Shown in pieces: positions 19,063-27,349 of a stretch of DNA of 57,549 nt; the first letter of the stretch is position 1, and every line of letters begins with the position of its first letter. The position numbers and the translations under genes are program-made. Below the pieces are notes generated by a model. It saw only the letters and a list, made by a program, of their open reading frames with translations, was not told where the DNA came from and ran no database searches. Location: the IMG/VR virus record IMGVR_UViG_3300044294_000547. The stretch is one strand, 5' to 3'. The DNA is from an uncultured virus (IMG/VR IMGVR_UViG_3300044294_000547) (lineage: Duplodnaviria > Heunggongvirae > Uroviricota > Caudoviricetes).

Positions 19063-19306
19063 GTATTGCAGTAAAAATGATTACATTAAAGCATGTCGAT
19101 TGCACAGTGGATTCATTTTTAAATTCTTTTGATGATGTCGCGAGTGCCCGCTCGTGCTCTCCTTCATTCTCAAAATGAGCTGACTGCATAACCTGCTTGA
19201 CATTTTCTTCTTGCTTCAATTTAGCTTTGGCTCCCAACACCTCGTTATCTGAAGCACAGCATGAACTCATAACTATAGCTATGATAATCATTATGACGAT
19301 TCTCAT
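19013..19306 (-). CDS. Lipoprotein-signal protein with C-terminal TM helix (u-spanin-like topology)
   Basis: MRIVIMIIIAIVMSS-C signal, charged helical middle, C-terminal VIIFTAILGAVGFAAWK. Confidence 0.55.
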   Translation of the reverse strand: MRIVIMIIIAIVMSSCCASDNEVLGAKAKLKQEENVKQVMQSAHFENEGEHERALATSSKEFKNESTVQSTCFNVIIFTAILGAVGFAAWKLLPRKD

Positions 19307-19308
19307 TG

Positions 19309-19653
19309 TCAGCTGTTCTTATCTATAGTGTTGAGAAAATCGATCATATAGAAACTTATGGCAGATGCGACTAGTCCGCTAAATGGCCAATATGACCACC
19401 CAGTCATAGACTTGCCAAACCACAATCCCCACATGAGTTCAAGCACGCCTGCCATCCAAAAGGAACAACAAACAGTGCACTCGAGCAATTTTGCTGCATA
19501 ACTTATGCGCAACTTTGTCATCATCCACCTGATGAAATTGCTTATGTGGCTCACTGGTGCTTCATCGCGCTTTTCAACAAGCACCGTTGCCCCAGCCACC
19601 CCAAGTAGGGCAAAACCCAATAACGACACGATATCTTCACCATTCATATGCAT
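19309..19653 (-). CDS. Small multi-pass membrane protein with CxxC (DUF1360-like pattern)
   Basis: Three hydrophobic segments, KLLECTVCCSFW. Confidence 0.6.
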   Translation of the reverse strand: MHMNGEDIVSLLGFALLGVAGATVLVEKRDEAPVSHISNFIRWMMTKLRISYAAKLLECTVCCSFWMAGVLELMWGLWFGKSMTGWSYWPFSGLVASAISFYMIDFLNTIDKNS

Positions 19654-19909
19654 CTATCATATACCTCATGCTTTGTATCCAATTTTCTATTGCTATTTCG
19701 CCACGCAACTCCATCCGCTTGGCAACAACCAAAATTGGAGAATTTTCCCAAACGCACACTTCAAAAACTAGTCCACTTTTTACGAGCATATATGAGCATC
19801 TGTCCGCAGGTGTCCCTATAGGTGTAAAAAAAAACATCTCTCTCTGTTTTGGCCAATTTTTCCGACCATGCATGACCACCGTATAAAATACATACAGATC
19901 CAAATACAT
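19637..19909 (-). CDS. Hypothetical protein
   Basis: Fills the gap at the head of the minus-strand operon; start uncertain. Confidence 0.45.
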   Translation of the reverse strand: MYLDLYVFYTVVMHGRKNWPKQREMFFFTPIGTPADRCSYMLVKSGLVFEVCVWENSPILVVAKRMELRGEIAIENWIQSMRYMIDAYEW

Positions 19910-19922
19910 CCTGTCTAATGGG

Positions 19923-19950
19923 TAGGTGATAATGCATCATTATAGAAATT
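19923..19950 (+). promoter_or_regulatory. Putative phage promoter TAGG-N17-AGAAATT
   Basis: Ends 7 nt before ATG 19958; matches the recurring motif. Confidence 0.55.
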
Positions 19951-19957
19951 ATATGAC

Positions 19958-20359
19958 ATGGAAGATGTAAAAAAATTAAAAATAATAGATTGTATTGGAA
20001 GAATTATTCCTGATTGGAGCGCAACTGACTTGTTCTCTCTTCCGCTGCCTTCAAATTACAATATTGGAAGAGAAATGCCACAAGGAATTGTTTGTCATCT
20101 AGGTTTACACCCTCCATCGAGCGGATCATTTTTCAAGGTGAAAATTTTGTATAAGCCAAGAATACTTCACGATAATGTTCGTGATGAATATGAAAAGTTG
20201 AGCAATATAATAGCTTCAGGCATGAAACTTGATCCTGGATCTAAAATTCCTAATTTTGTAAAACATGGAGATTTTGACGGCATTTGGCTCAGCGCACCTC
20301 GTACTCTTGTTGTGGTAAATCCCAGTAAATTCAGGATCTCTTCATACGGAGTAGGGTGA
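19958..20359 (+). CDS. Hypothetical protein
   Basis: First gene of a + strand operon. Confidence 0.65.
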   Translation: MEDVKKLKIIDCIGRIIPDWSATDLFSLPLPSNYNIGREMPQGIVCHLGLHPPSSGSFFKVKILYKPRILHDNVRDEYEKLSNIIASGMKLDPGSKIPNFVKHGDFDGIWLSAPRTLVVVNPSKFRISSYGVG

Positions 20360-20928
20360 TGTATAATTTAAAAAACAAAACACCATCAGAAAGTTACAAA
20401 GACCTTCTGCATGTCGACAATGGGGGCAACGGAGTCTCCGACCATGAACATATCCCTGTAAGGGATGGCGCAGGGAATGTCACTGGCATCAGTTTGGGCG
20501 CTAGTAAGGTTTCAATTGACTTCGGAGGTGGACTAGCATCAAATGCAGTTTTTGTATCTCAGATGCACATGTGTGAATCAAAAACTCATCAGTTATCAGA
20601 TGTTTTAAATATAGATCTTGCGACCGATTCTGCCAAGTTGATAAATTATGAGGGCGATGCCAATGAAACGACAATAAATGTTTCTTTCTCTTCTTTGGTG
20701 GACATTTCAGGATCAGACACTGGAATTTTTGCCGAAACAAGATTAGTCATATCTGCAGGCCAAGATATAAGCATAAGTTTTTTGAACGAAAATGGCGATA
20801 CATTTGCCACCGTACAGTACACTTGGCCAAATTATCTTTCTTTTAAGATCGCGGGCTTCTTAGAGTCTGCAACTTCAGATCCTGTTTTCTTCATAACTGA
20901 AACAGAATCGTTTAGCCGCCCAAATTAA
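20356..20928 (+). CDS. Hypothetical, possibly virion structural protein
   Basis: N-terminal LKNKTPSESYKDLLHVDNG...VRDGAG, beta-rich and acidic. Confidence 0.6.
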   Translation: MMYNLKNKTPSESYKDLLHVDNGGNGVSDHEHIPVRDGAGNVTGISLGASKVSIDFGGGLASNAVFVSQMHMCESKTHQLSDVLNIDLATDSAKLINYEGDANETTINVSFSSLVDISGSDTGIFAETRLVISAGQDISISFLNENGDTFATVQYTWPNYLSFKIAGFLESATSDPVFFITETESFSRPN

Positions 20929-20932
20929 ACTA

Positions 20933-22498
20933 GTGATGGCAGTTTCAGGTAAAACAAAAGAAATAGTTGAAGCTCTGCTTCTCCCTCATGAAACTAGGGG
21001 CGCAACAATTGGCTCTGCGGATGTTGTCCTAGCTTCGATTAATATGACATCTAATTTTAAATGCCTACTGATCTATGACTCTACCATAAGTGACGCAGAG
21101 GCTCTCAAGTGCAGAACCCTAGTTAGGTGGCTTATGCGACCCACTGGACATTCGCTAAAGCAACTTGCTACCCCCGATAAGCATATTTTCCTAGTCAACT
21201 GCAAGCCTGCAGACGAAGACACGATTTTGAATTTTTTAGAAAACGGAGGGTCTTCTCTTCATGTGTTTTCGGGATGGTCAGATATTATTTCTTCATCCAT
21301 ACTTCTGTGTGTTAGAGCCATACTTCACAGGATAGATGAAACCAATTCTAATTTCAGAACTTCTCTGAGCGCAGAGGTTGAAAGATTAGATAATATAGGG
21401 GTCTTTTCAACATCTGCTACTGGAGAGATGAAAGATACAATATTACTTGCTTCTTGGGTCGCTCGTCGACTTCTTCGCAAATTTGGAGAGATTGAGAATT
21501 TAGACACGCTTATCTTTGATGGAGATAACCCGTCATCGGTATCTCCATTGGTAGATGAATGGGTAGACAATCTCTTCGGAGAAGATTCAGAATTTCATGG
21601 GATAGACATGCTCCAATTGAGTGCTGTTTGTAATGACTTGATAATTCACGATATTAATGGACGCGTATTTGACGGGGGAGGAAATTCGCTCGCCTTAAAT
21701 TTGAACATGAACAACAGTGGAGGCAAGGCTTCTGAAATAAATTTGGGATCTTTTACTTCGGCCGTAAAAAGCAACGCCAACACTAAGTTGATATACACAT
21801 CACACAATGTGATACCACCTCCAAATTCTCAATCTCTCGTTCGTGAAGCAATTGTCAGTCTAAATCTTGACAAATTTGACGGCGCCCGAATTAAGGTGGC
21901 AGATGAGGCGTGCTGTATAGGGATAGAAATCTACAGTAAGACATTCAACACATCGCAAAGTGGCAAAGATTCAGTTCGCGGATCTTACAATCCAATAAGA
22001 AACGAATGGGTTTATACGGATGATTCTAACAATATAATCTCAACTCCGTCCCTAGAAGAACCATTCTATTCATATGTTAATTTTGATCCTACTGATCCCA
22101 TTAATACAATACTTCATATTCCTGTTTTTAGGCGCAACTCCCCCTCCCCTATTCCTCCGCCAACATGGAGAGAATTCATACTTATACTTGAGTATCAAGG
22201 TCAGGTCAGTAACAATTTTTTTGTTAATTTCTATCAGTTTGACATCCAGCCACCTTGGAGTCCTTCTCCAAAATGGCCATGCCTTGGAGCATTATCAGAG
22301 AATATAAACTTTTTCGATTGGCAACCAAAAAATTCTACTACTGCTGTTTATTCAATTCGCCTATTAAATCATACCCTGTGGGATCTTGATGCTGAAGCAC
22401 GTCTTGATCCGGCTCAATACGCAAGCATGACCGCATCATATGGGGCATTTAAGTCTTTTAGTCGTAAGATATTTAGCAAACTTCTGTATACCAAATGA
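20933..22498 (+). CDS. Hypothetical protein (521 aa)
   Basis: Long uninterrupted ORF in the operon. Confidence 0.75.
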   Translation: MMAVSGKTKEIVEALLLPHETRGATIGSADVVLASINMTSNFKCLLIYDSTISDAEALKCRTLVRWLMRPTGHSLKQLATPDKHIFLVNCKPADEDTILNFLENGGSSLHVFSGWSDIISSSILLCVRAILHRIDETNSNFRTSLSAEVERLDNIGVFSTSATGEMKDTILLASWVARRLLRKFGEIENLDTLIFDGDNPSSVSPLVDEWVDNLFGEDSEFHGIDMLQLSAVCNDLIIHDINGRVFDGGGNSLALNLNMNNSGGKASEINLGSFTSAVKSNANTKLIYTSHNVIPPPNSQSLVREAIVSLNLDKFDGARIKVADEACCIGIEIYSKTFNTSQSGKDSVRGSYNPIRNEWVYTDDSNNIISTPSLEEPFYSYVNFDPTDPINTILHIPVFRRNSPSPIPPPTWREFILILEYQGQVSNNFFVNFYQFDIQPPWSPSPKWPCLGALSENINFFDWQPKNSTTAVYSIRLLNHTLWDLDAEARLDPAQYASMTASYGAFKSFSRKIFSKLLYTK

Positions 22499-22762
22499 TC
22501 ATCGGATGGGCATCATGGAATGCGCCAAAGATTTTGCAGCAGCAATTGGTATTTTTCCGGTCTCTTTCAGCGCAGCACATATTTCATATTCATTATTTGC
22601 GTGCTCTACAACTGATGCAATCTTTATGGCGTCGTCATCGGATATGCTGACTCCGACACAACTTGCTATCAATTTCTTTATGTTTTTTGGAGACTTAGCC
22701 AACATGGATCCATGCATATCTGCTATCCTCTCCAACTGTCTCTGATACCAGTTATTTTTCAA
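22499..22762 (-). CDS. Hypothetical protein with MKNNWY leader
   Basis: Coupled to the sod gene; leader resembles the other W-leaders. Confidence 0.6.
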   Translation of the reverse strand: MKNNWYQRQLERIADMHGSMLAKSPKNIKKLIASCVGVSISDDDAIKIASVVEHANNEYEICAALKETGKIPIAAAKSLAHSMMPIR

Positions 22763-23385
22763 ACTACCCCCTCCGACATGAGTATTCTGTTTTCCACTTC
22801 TTTCCAGTTGACCACCTTCCAGAAATTTTCAACCCAATCGTTCTTGCGATTACGCCTGTCAAGATAATACGCATGCTCCCACAAATCGCATCCCAATACT
22901 GGGTAGCCAATCCCTAGACCAAGAGGATTGTCTTGCATTTTGGTCTGCACTATGTCAAGAGTTTTATTTCGCACCACCAACCAAACCCACGAGCTGCCGA
23001 AAGAATCAGAACAAGCATCAAAAAATTCAGACTGCATGCCATCAATATTACCAAATGATTCTTCAATCATTTTATTCAGCATATCTCTTGGCTTGTCTGG
23101 ATTGGGTGTCATCATTGGCCACCATATCTGATGGTTGAAGACACCGCCTGCGTTGTTTCTTATTTTTAGCCCCTTGCCGTTTTCGGCCGACCCAACTTCG
23201 ACGACAAGCTTTTCTATGTCCAGTTCAACTAGAGACGGTTCATCTGCAATAAGTTCGTTAAGTTTGTCGCAGTAGGCCTTGTGATGTTTTTGGTGATGAA
23301 GACGCATGGTTTCTGAACCTATGTGCGCATCCAAATCTCCGTATCCATATGGCAATTGTGGAATTGTGTGCTTTATGATTGGCAT
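22759..23385 (-). CDS. sodA: Superoxide dismutase [Mn/Fe], Mn-type signatures
   Basis: LPYGY, HHQKHHKAY, NNAGG..NH, FGSSWVWL, QDNP, DLWEHAYY. Confidence 0.93.
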   Translation of the reverse strand: MPIIKHTIPQLPYGYGDLDAHIGSETMRLHHQKHHKAYCDKLNELIADEPSLVELDIEKLVVEVGSAENGKGLKIRNNAGGVFNHQIWWPMMTPNPDKPRDMLNKMIEESFGNIDGMQSEFFDACSDSFGSSWVWLVVRNKTLDIVQTKMQDNPLGLGIGYPVLGCDLWEHAYYLDRRNRKNDWVENFWKVVNWKEVENRILMSEGVV

Positions 23386-23823
23386 TCATGTTCCTGTAGA
23401 TGGAGTTGCTCCACCTGGAGAACCGCTAGCGGGTGCAGGAGTCTTTGGCGTCTGCGGACCAAGCTCAAGACCATACCATCCACGTATCACAGGTGGATCC
23501 TTTGTCAGATCTACATCAAGTTGCGATGGAAATAGTCTAGAGCCGTCTGCCTGACATGCATCCATGAGTGCAGTTTCAACTGAATTATTTCTGCTCTGGA
23601 GCGCCCTCCTGAACAGAATATTGAGTTTCTTCAGGTGATTTTTGTCGTTATTTGTATCTTCGTCAATAAGGGACGCATCGATTCCTGAAACGGTGCCTGC
23701 GACTCCACCTGCTCCACCAGGAGCCCCACCGGGTGAAGCTCCCGTGTCTTGAGAAATTTTCTCCATGCCAAAAGAATAACCTATTCTTAGCCAGTCTCCA
23801 TAAGACAACTTTACATGCTTCAT
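23386..23823 (-). CDS. Hypothetical protein with conserved Trp leader
   Basis: MKHVKLSYGDWLRIGYSFGMEKISQ. Confidence 0.7.
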   Translation of the reverse strand: MKHVKLSYGDWLRIGYSFGMEKISQDTGASPGGAPGGAGGVAGTVSGIDASLIDEDTNNDKNHLKKLNILFRRALQSRNNSVETALMDACQADGSRLFPSQLDVDLTKDPPVIRGWYGLELGPQTPKTPAPASGSPGGATPSTGT

Positions 23824-25298
23824 ATATCCATCTTTTCAAGTTTGTCATACACCTTCACGAGGTAGATGCACAGTTGCAAATTGCCGAGGGCTGTAGAATC
23901 CCGTCCACCACCTATCCTTGTTTTGTTTATTCTCAAATCTTTATTTTCTTTGTCGATGACAAACATTTCAGAATTATACTTTTTAAAAAAATCAAGCAGT
24001 CGATCCTTGGCAGCTTTCAGGGTCTGCACGGCCAATGGCGTTTTGCTGATTTCTTTTAGTCTTGCTGGGAAACTTGGATTTTTGCACACGATGTCAATAA
24101 TGCTCTGCATGTGGGTTATGACATCATCAATGTCAGTCATTTGTTCTCTGTTTATCTCGGCAACCATAGCCTTGCCTTGGGATTCGTAATTCCTCATATG
24201 AGAATATCCCTGCAATCTAGAATGGACAAAAGCAGGCATGTCTTCGATGTTGAGCTCTTCTATCTTGGTAGGAACCTGCTTCCTGAGAGTTTCAACATCA
24301 ACAGGATCTTTAGGAGTTGGAGTTCTGTCTCTTTTTCTTTGTCGTTCCTGAACTATTTTGTCTGCAACATCAGCCAAGAATGACAGCATGCCATCAACCT
24401 TGTTTTGCGCGTCTAGTTCGTCGTCACCATTCTGTATCAGGTTGCTTACTAGGTTGCTCAGATTTATCTGACGCGCTCTCACCTGTGCTGCCAGTAGGTC
24501 TTCTTTCCCAGCAAATTTTGAAAGAAAGTGAACTATAATATTTTCAAAAGTGGAGAACATACTTTTATTTTTTAATGCATCAGCAAATGCAGCTTCGACA
24601 CCTTGGGAGAAGTCTTCCTGCAATTGAACCCTCAGCTCGGCTCCAGTGGAGCCCTTTCGGGCTTCTGCTGCTGCTAATTGAGCTTTTAATTGAGTCTTTC
24701 TGTCTTCAGCTAACTTCAGAGCAGCGAAAACCATTGGGCACCACGCCCGAATACCTCCACTACGACCCGCCTCTTCAAGGCCATCCATAAAATTATTGTG
24801 CTTACGTATTATTTTGTTCAGCGTCGCCATTTTGATTTTCTCGGCATCAACGTGTATATCTTTTGCTTTTGTAAACAGCGGATCATTTTGATCTATGATG
24901 CGTATTTCTTGATTTGTGATATCGAATATTGTGAACTTGTCGCCTTGTTTTTTGTCACTTTCTCGCTTCAATATGAAATAATACACATCTATTCCATTTG
25001 GTCCCGGGGCCACCTTGAACTGGTGATGTTCCAAATAGTACCATGTAGGAAGCAAGAGATTCTCTATATCATGAGGCAGCCAAGGCATGTGCTGCCTGAT
25101 CAATTCGGCAAGCGTTTTTTTTCCACCCAAAATCATTTCATGCAGATTCTTTGTGAACAGGGGAATCACCACGCCCGATCCTCCTCCTGAGGCAATCTGC
25201 CCACCTATATCGGTTGCCACCCCTGGAATTTTCGAACGCGCATAATCAGGACTGACTTGAGCAACCACAACTTCTATATTGTTGTTTAATCTTTTCAT
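23820..25298 (-). CDS. Hypothetical alpha-helical protein (492 aa)
   Basis: ATGA-coupled on both sides; N-terminal ...VVAQ. Confidence 0.75.
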   Translation of the reverse strand: MKRLNNNIEVVVAQVSPDYARSKIPGVATDIGGQIASGGGSGVVIPLFTKNLHEMILGGKKTLAELIRQHMPWLPHDIENLLLPTWYYLEHHQFKVAPGPNGIDVYYFILKRESDKKQGDKFTIFDITNQEIRIIDQNDPLFTKAKDIHVDAEKIKMATLNKIIRKHNNFMDGLEEAGRSGGIRAWCPMVFAALKLAEDRKTQLKAQLAAAEARKGSTGAELRVQLQEDFSQGVEAAFADALKNKSMFSTFENIIVHFLSKFAGKEDLLAAQVRARQINLSNLVSNLIQNGDDELDAQNKVDGMLSFLADVADKIVQERQRKRDRTPTPKDPVDVETLRKQVPTKIEELNIEDMPAFVHSRLQGYSHMRNYESQGKAMVAEINREQMTDIDDVITHMQSIIDIVCKNPSFPARLKEISKTPLAVQTLKAAKDRLLDFFKKYNSEMFVIDKENKDLRINKTRIGGGRDSTALGNLQLCIYLVKVYDKLEKMDI

Positions 25299-26131
25299 GC
25301 TAAACTGAAGCCTCCGATAAGGTTGTTTTTGGACAACTGATCCAAATCTGACTTATTTTCGTCGATTTTTTGATCAATATTTGTTATCTGTTCCCGAATT
25401 TGATTGATTGTATCCTCAATCTCCACGCAGTCAGAACTTTTAGACTCATCGCCCTGCCTGCATGCGACATTGTATGCCTGCTGTTTGGCGTCTAGTTGTC
25501 TTTGCAGATCAGCTAGTTGATCCGCCATCTTCTTACTGCCTCCTTTTAGCGCCTCTTGAATTCTTTTGGTTTGCTCTGTATTCGTATCCATGGTCTGCAT
25601 GGCAACCCCCTTGGCCTGCGGAGAATTCATTCGTCCAGTTGGTATCATCGGTTGCTGTTGTTGCGCTGATTTGATCCACCCCGCATTTTTGCCGATGCGG
25701 ATCCAATCCTGTTTGGTCATGGCAAGCTTCAGTTCGGGTGGAGCATTCCACCTACTGTTGTCTTCTATCGGCTCGATTTGTTCCTGCGTTTGTTCCCGCC
25801 AACTACTAGAATTAGAATAAGTCGAACGCAACCCTCTTTTTAATTTATTAAAATCTTCTTTGTCATAATTTTTATAGATTTCAAGGCATTTATTTTCAAG
25901 CGCTTCTTTGACTTCTTTAGTTTTCAAGAATTTAGTATTAGAACTGTCAAAGTACAGTTCTGGTTCTACTTGATAGTCTCTCGAATTTTTTTTGTTTACG
26001 ACATACAGCGTTATGGGGAAAGTTAAAGAAACCCCAGAATCAAGCAGGTCTTGTACTGCTTGTATAATCATGCTTTTATCCACTGCAGCGTCAGTACGTT
26101 TTAATTCATCACTTGCTTTTTTGTTGAACAT
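25295..26131 (-). CDS. Hypothetical protein with internal Trp-leader motif and C-terminal coiled coil
   Basis: MFNKKAS N-terminus; internal LKLAMTKQDWIRIGKNAGWIKSAQ. Confidence 0.75.
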   Translation of the reverse strand: MFNKKASDELKRTDAAVDKSMIIQAVQDLLDSGVSLTFPITLYVVNKKNSRDYQVEPELYFDSSNTKFLKTKEVKEALENKCLEIYKNYDKEDFNKLKRGLRSTYSNSSSWREQTQEQIEPIEDNSRWNAPPELKLAMTKQDWIRIGKNAGWIKSAQQQQPMIPTGRMNSPQAKGVAMQTMDTNTEQTKRIQEALKGGSKKMADQLADLQRQLDAKQQAYNVACRQGDESKSSDCVEIEDTINQIREQITNIDQKIDENKSDLDQLSKNNLIGGFSLA

Positions 26132-26133
26132 GT

Positions 26134-26523
26134 TTATCCTATTGCGTCTTCTATGTTGAGTTCAAGGTCTTCCACAAGAACTTTCATAATTGCATAAAAG
26201 GTTTCTTCTTTATTTCCACGAGACTTCACCTTGACCTCTACAACATTCATCTCATCTGATGGATGATTCACACTTATGATTTTTACATTTTCATATGTAT
26301 TGAGAAGCTGCGGCAAATGCATTTTTAGGCTTTTAGGCGGAGAGTAAACAAATGTGAACTCAAACACATCGTCATCGTTTTCCTGAGATGAATCTAGGAA
26401 AAGATTTCTTTTAGCTGGTTCTCCAGACATGATTAATTTCCAAAGTGGGTCGTTATGATCTCCTGCCTTGATTGCAGTGCGGACAATAGAAGACGGATCT
26501 TTTATGGAGAATATTCTGCGCAT
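26134..26523 (-). CDS. Hypothetical protein
   Basis: First gene of the minus-strand operon, behind GAGG-N17-CGTAAAAA. Confidence 0.7.
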   Translation of the reverse strand: MRRIFSIKDPSSIVRTAIKAGDHNDPLWKLIMSGEPAKRNLFLDSSQENDDDVFEFTFVYSPPKSLKMHLPQLLNTYENVKIISVNHPSDEMNVVEVKVKSRGNKEETFYAIMKVLVEDLELNIEDAIG

Positions 26524-26572
26524 AATTCTTTTTACGAATCATATGTATCATTTCCTCTGCCGATGAAACCGT

Positions 26573-27349
26573 ATGCAAAATTGGTTACTTTACAGAACCC
26601 ATCAAAATGATGAAAAAACACAGGGTAGGTTTGACGAATTGAGCCATCTTCTCAGAGGGATGGCTAATGTTGTGTGGATGTGCGACGGAGATTCAGTCGG
26701 AGGGTGCCAGTATGGGGGTGTGTTGGGTAAAAATTCATCGACATTTACGAATACGGATTATAAAATTAGGCAAACCTGGCCCAAAATATTTGAAACATAC
26801 GATTCTTGCCCGCAAAACACGCCAAGAGTTTTTCCCAAGGGTGGCGGACCAAAAAGACCAATCAAGTGGGTGTTGGGGCATCTTCCAGCCCTACAGTGGT
26901 GGAGAGAAAGTGGGAGACCAGAGGGTAGGTTTATGGTGTGGGAGCATGATTTGTGGTGGGACGCGCCCTTCAGGGCTGCTCAGGCCCTGGCTCCAGCTTT
27001 TTCTCACCACAAGTTTCTTGCCCAACCGGTAAAAACATACAGACCTGGCCCTGATGCCATACAGCCACCCAATGTGCGTCCTCCGAAATGGCTGAAGGAC
27101 ACCACCATATGTCACTATACTGCCACCGTGATGTCGGCAAGACTCATGGCGTCGCTTGATGAAATCAGTGAAGAGGGTTGCTGGGGGCACTGCGAACTTT
27201 TAGTTCCGTCCGTTGCTCACCATCATAAAAATGGTGGAGGTGCAGCTTCCTGGATGGCCGTGGCAGAGCATCCTGCCCTGCGACCAATCATACACCGATT
27301 CCCTGGTCAGTCTCCTGATAAAAAACCCCAAAGATTATTCATTCGCTGA
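26573..27349 (+). CDS. Hypothetical, possibly GT-A-like glycan-modifying protein
   Basis: FMVWEHDLWW (ExD) and GHCELLVPSV resemble the N-terminal domain of 35362..36981 (IINEYDTWW...NNEMRIGS). Confidence 0.45.
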   Translation: MQNWLLYRTHQNDEKTQGRFDELSHLLRGMANVVWMCDGDSVGGCQYGGVLGKNSSTFTNTDYKIRQTWPKIFETYDSCPQNTPRVFPKGGGPKRPIKWVLGHLPALQWWRESGRPEGRFMVWEHDLWWDAPFRAAQALAPAFSHHKFLAQPVKTYRPGPDAIQPPNVRPPKWLKDTTICHYTATVMSARLMASLDEISEEGCWGHCELLVPSVAHHHKNGGGAASWMAVAEHPALRPIIHRFPGQSPDKKPQRLFIR

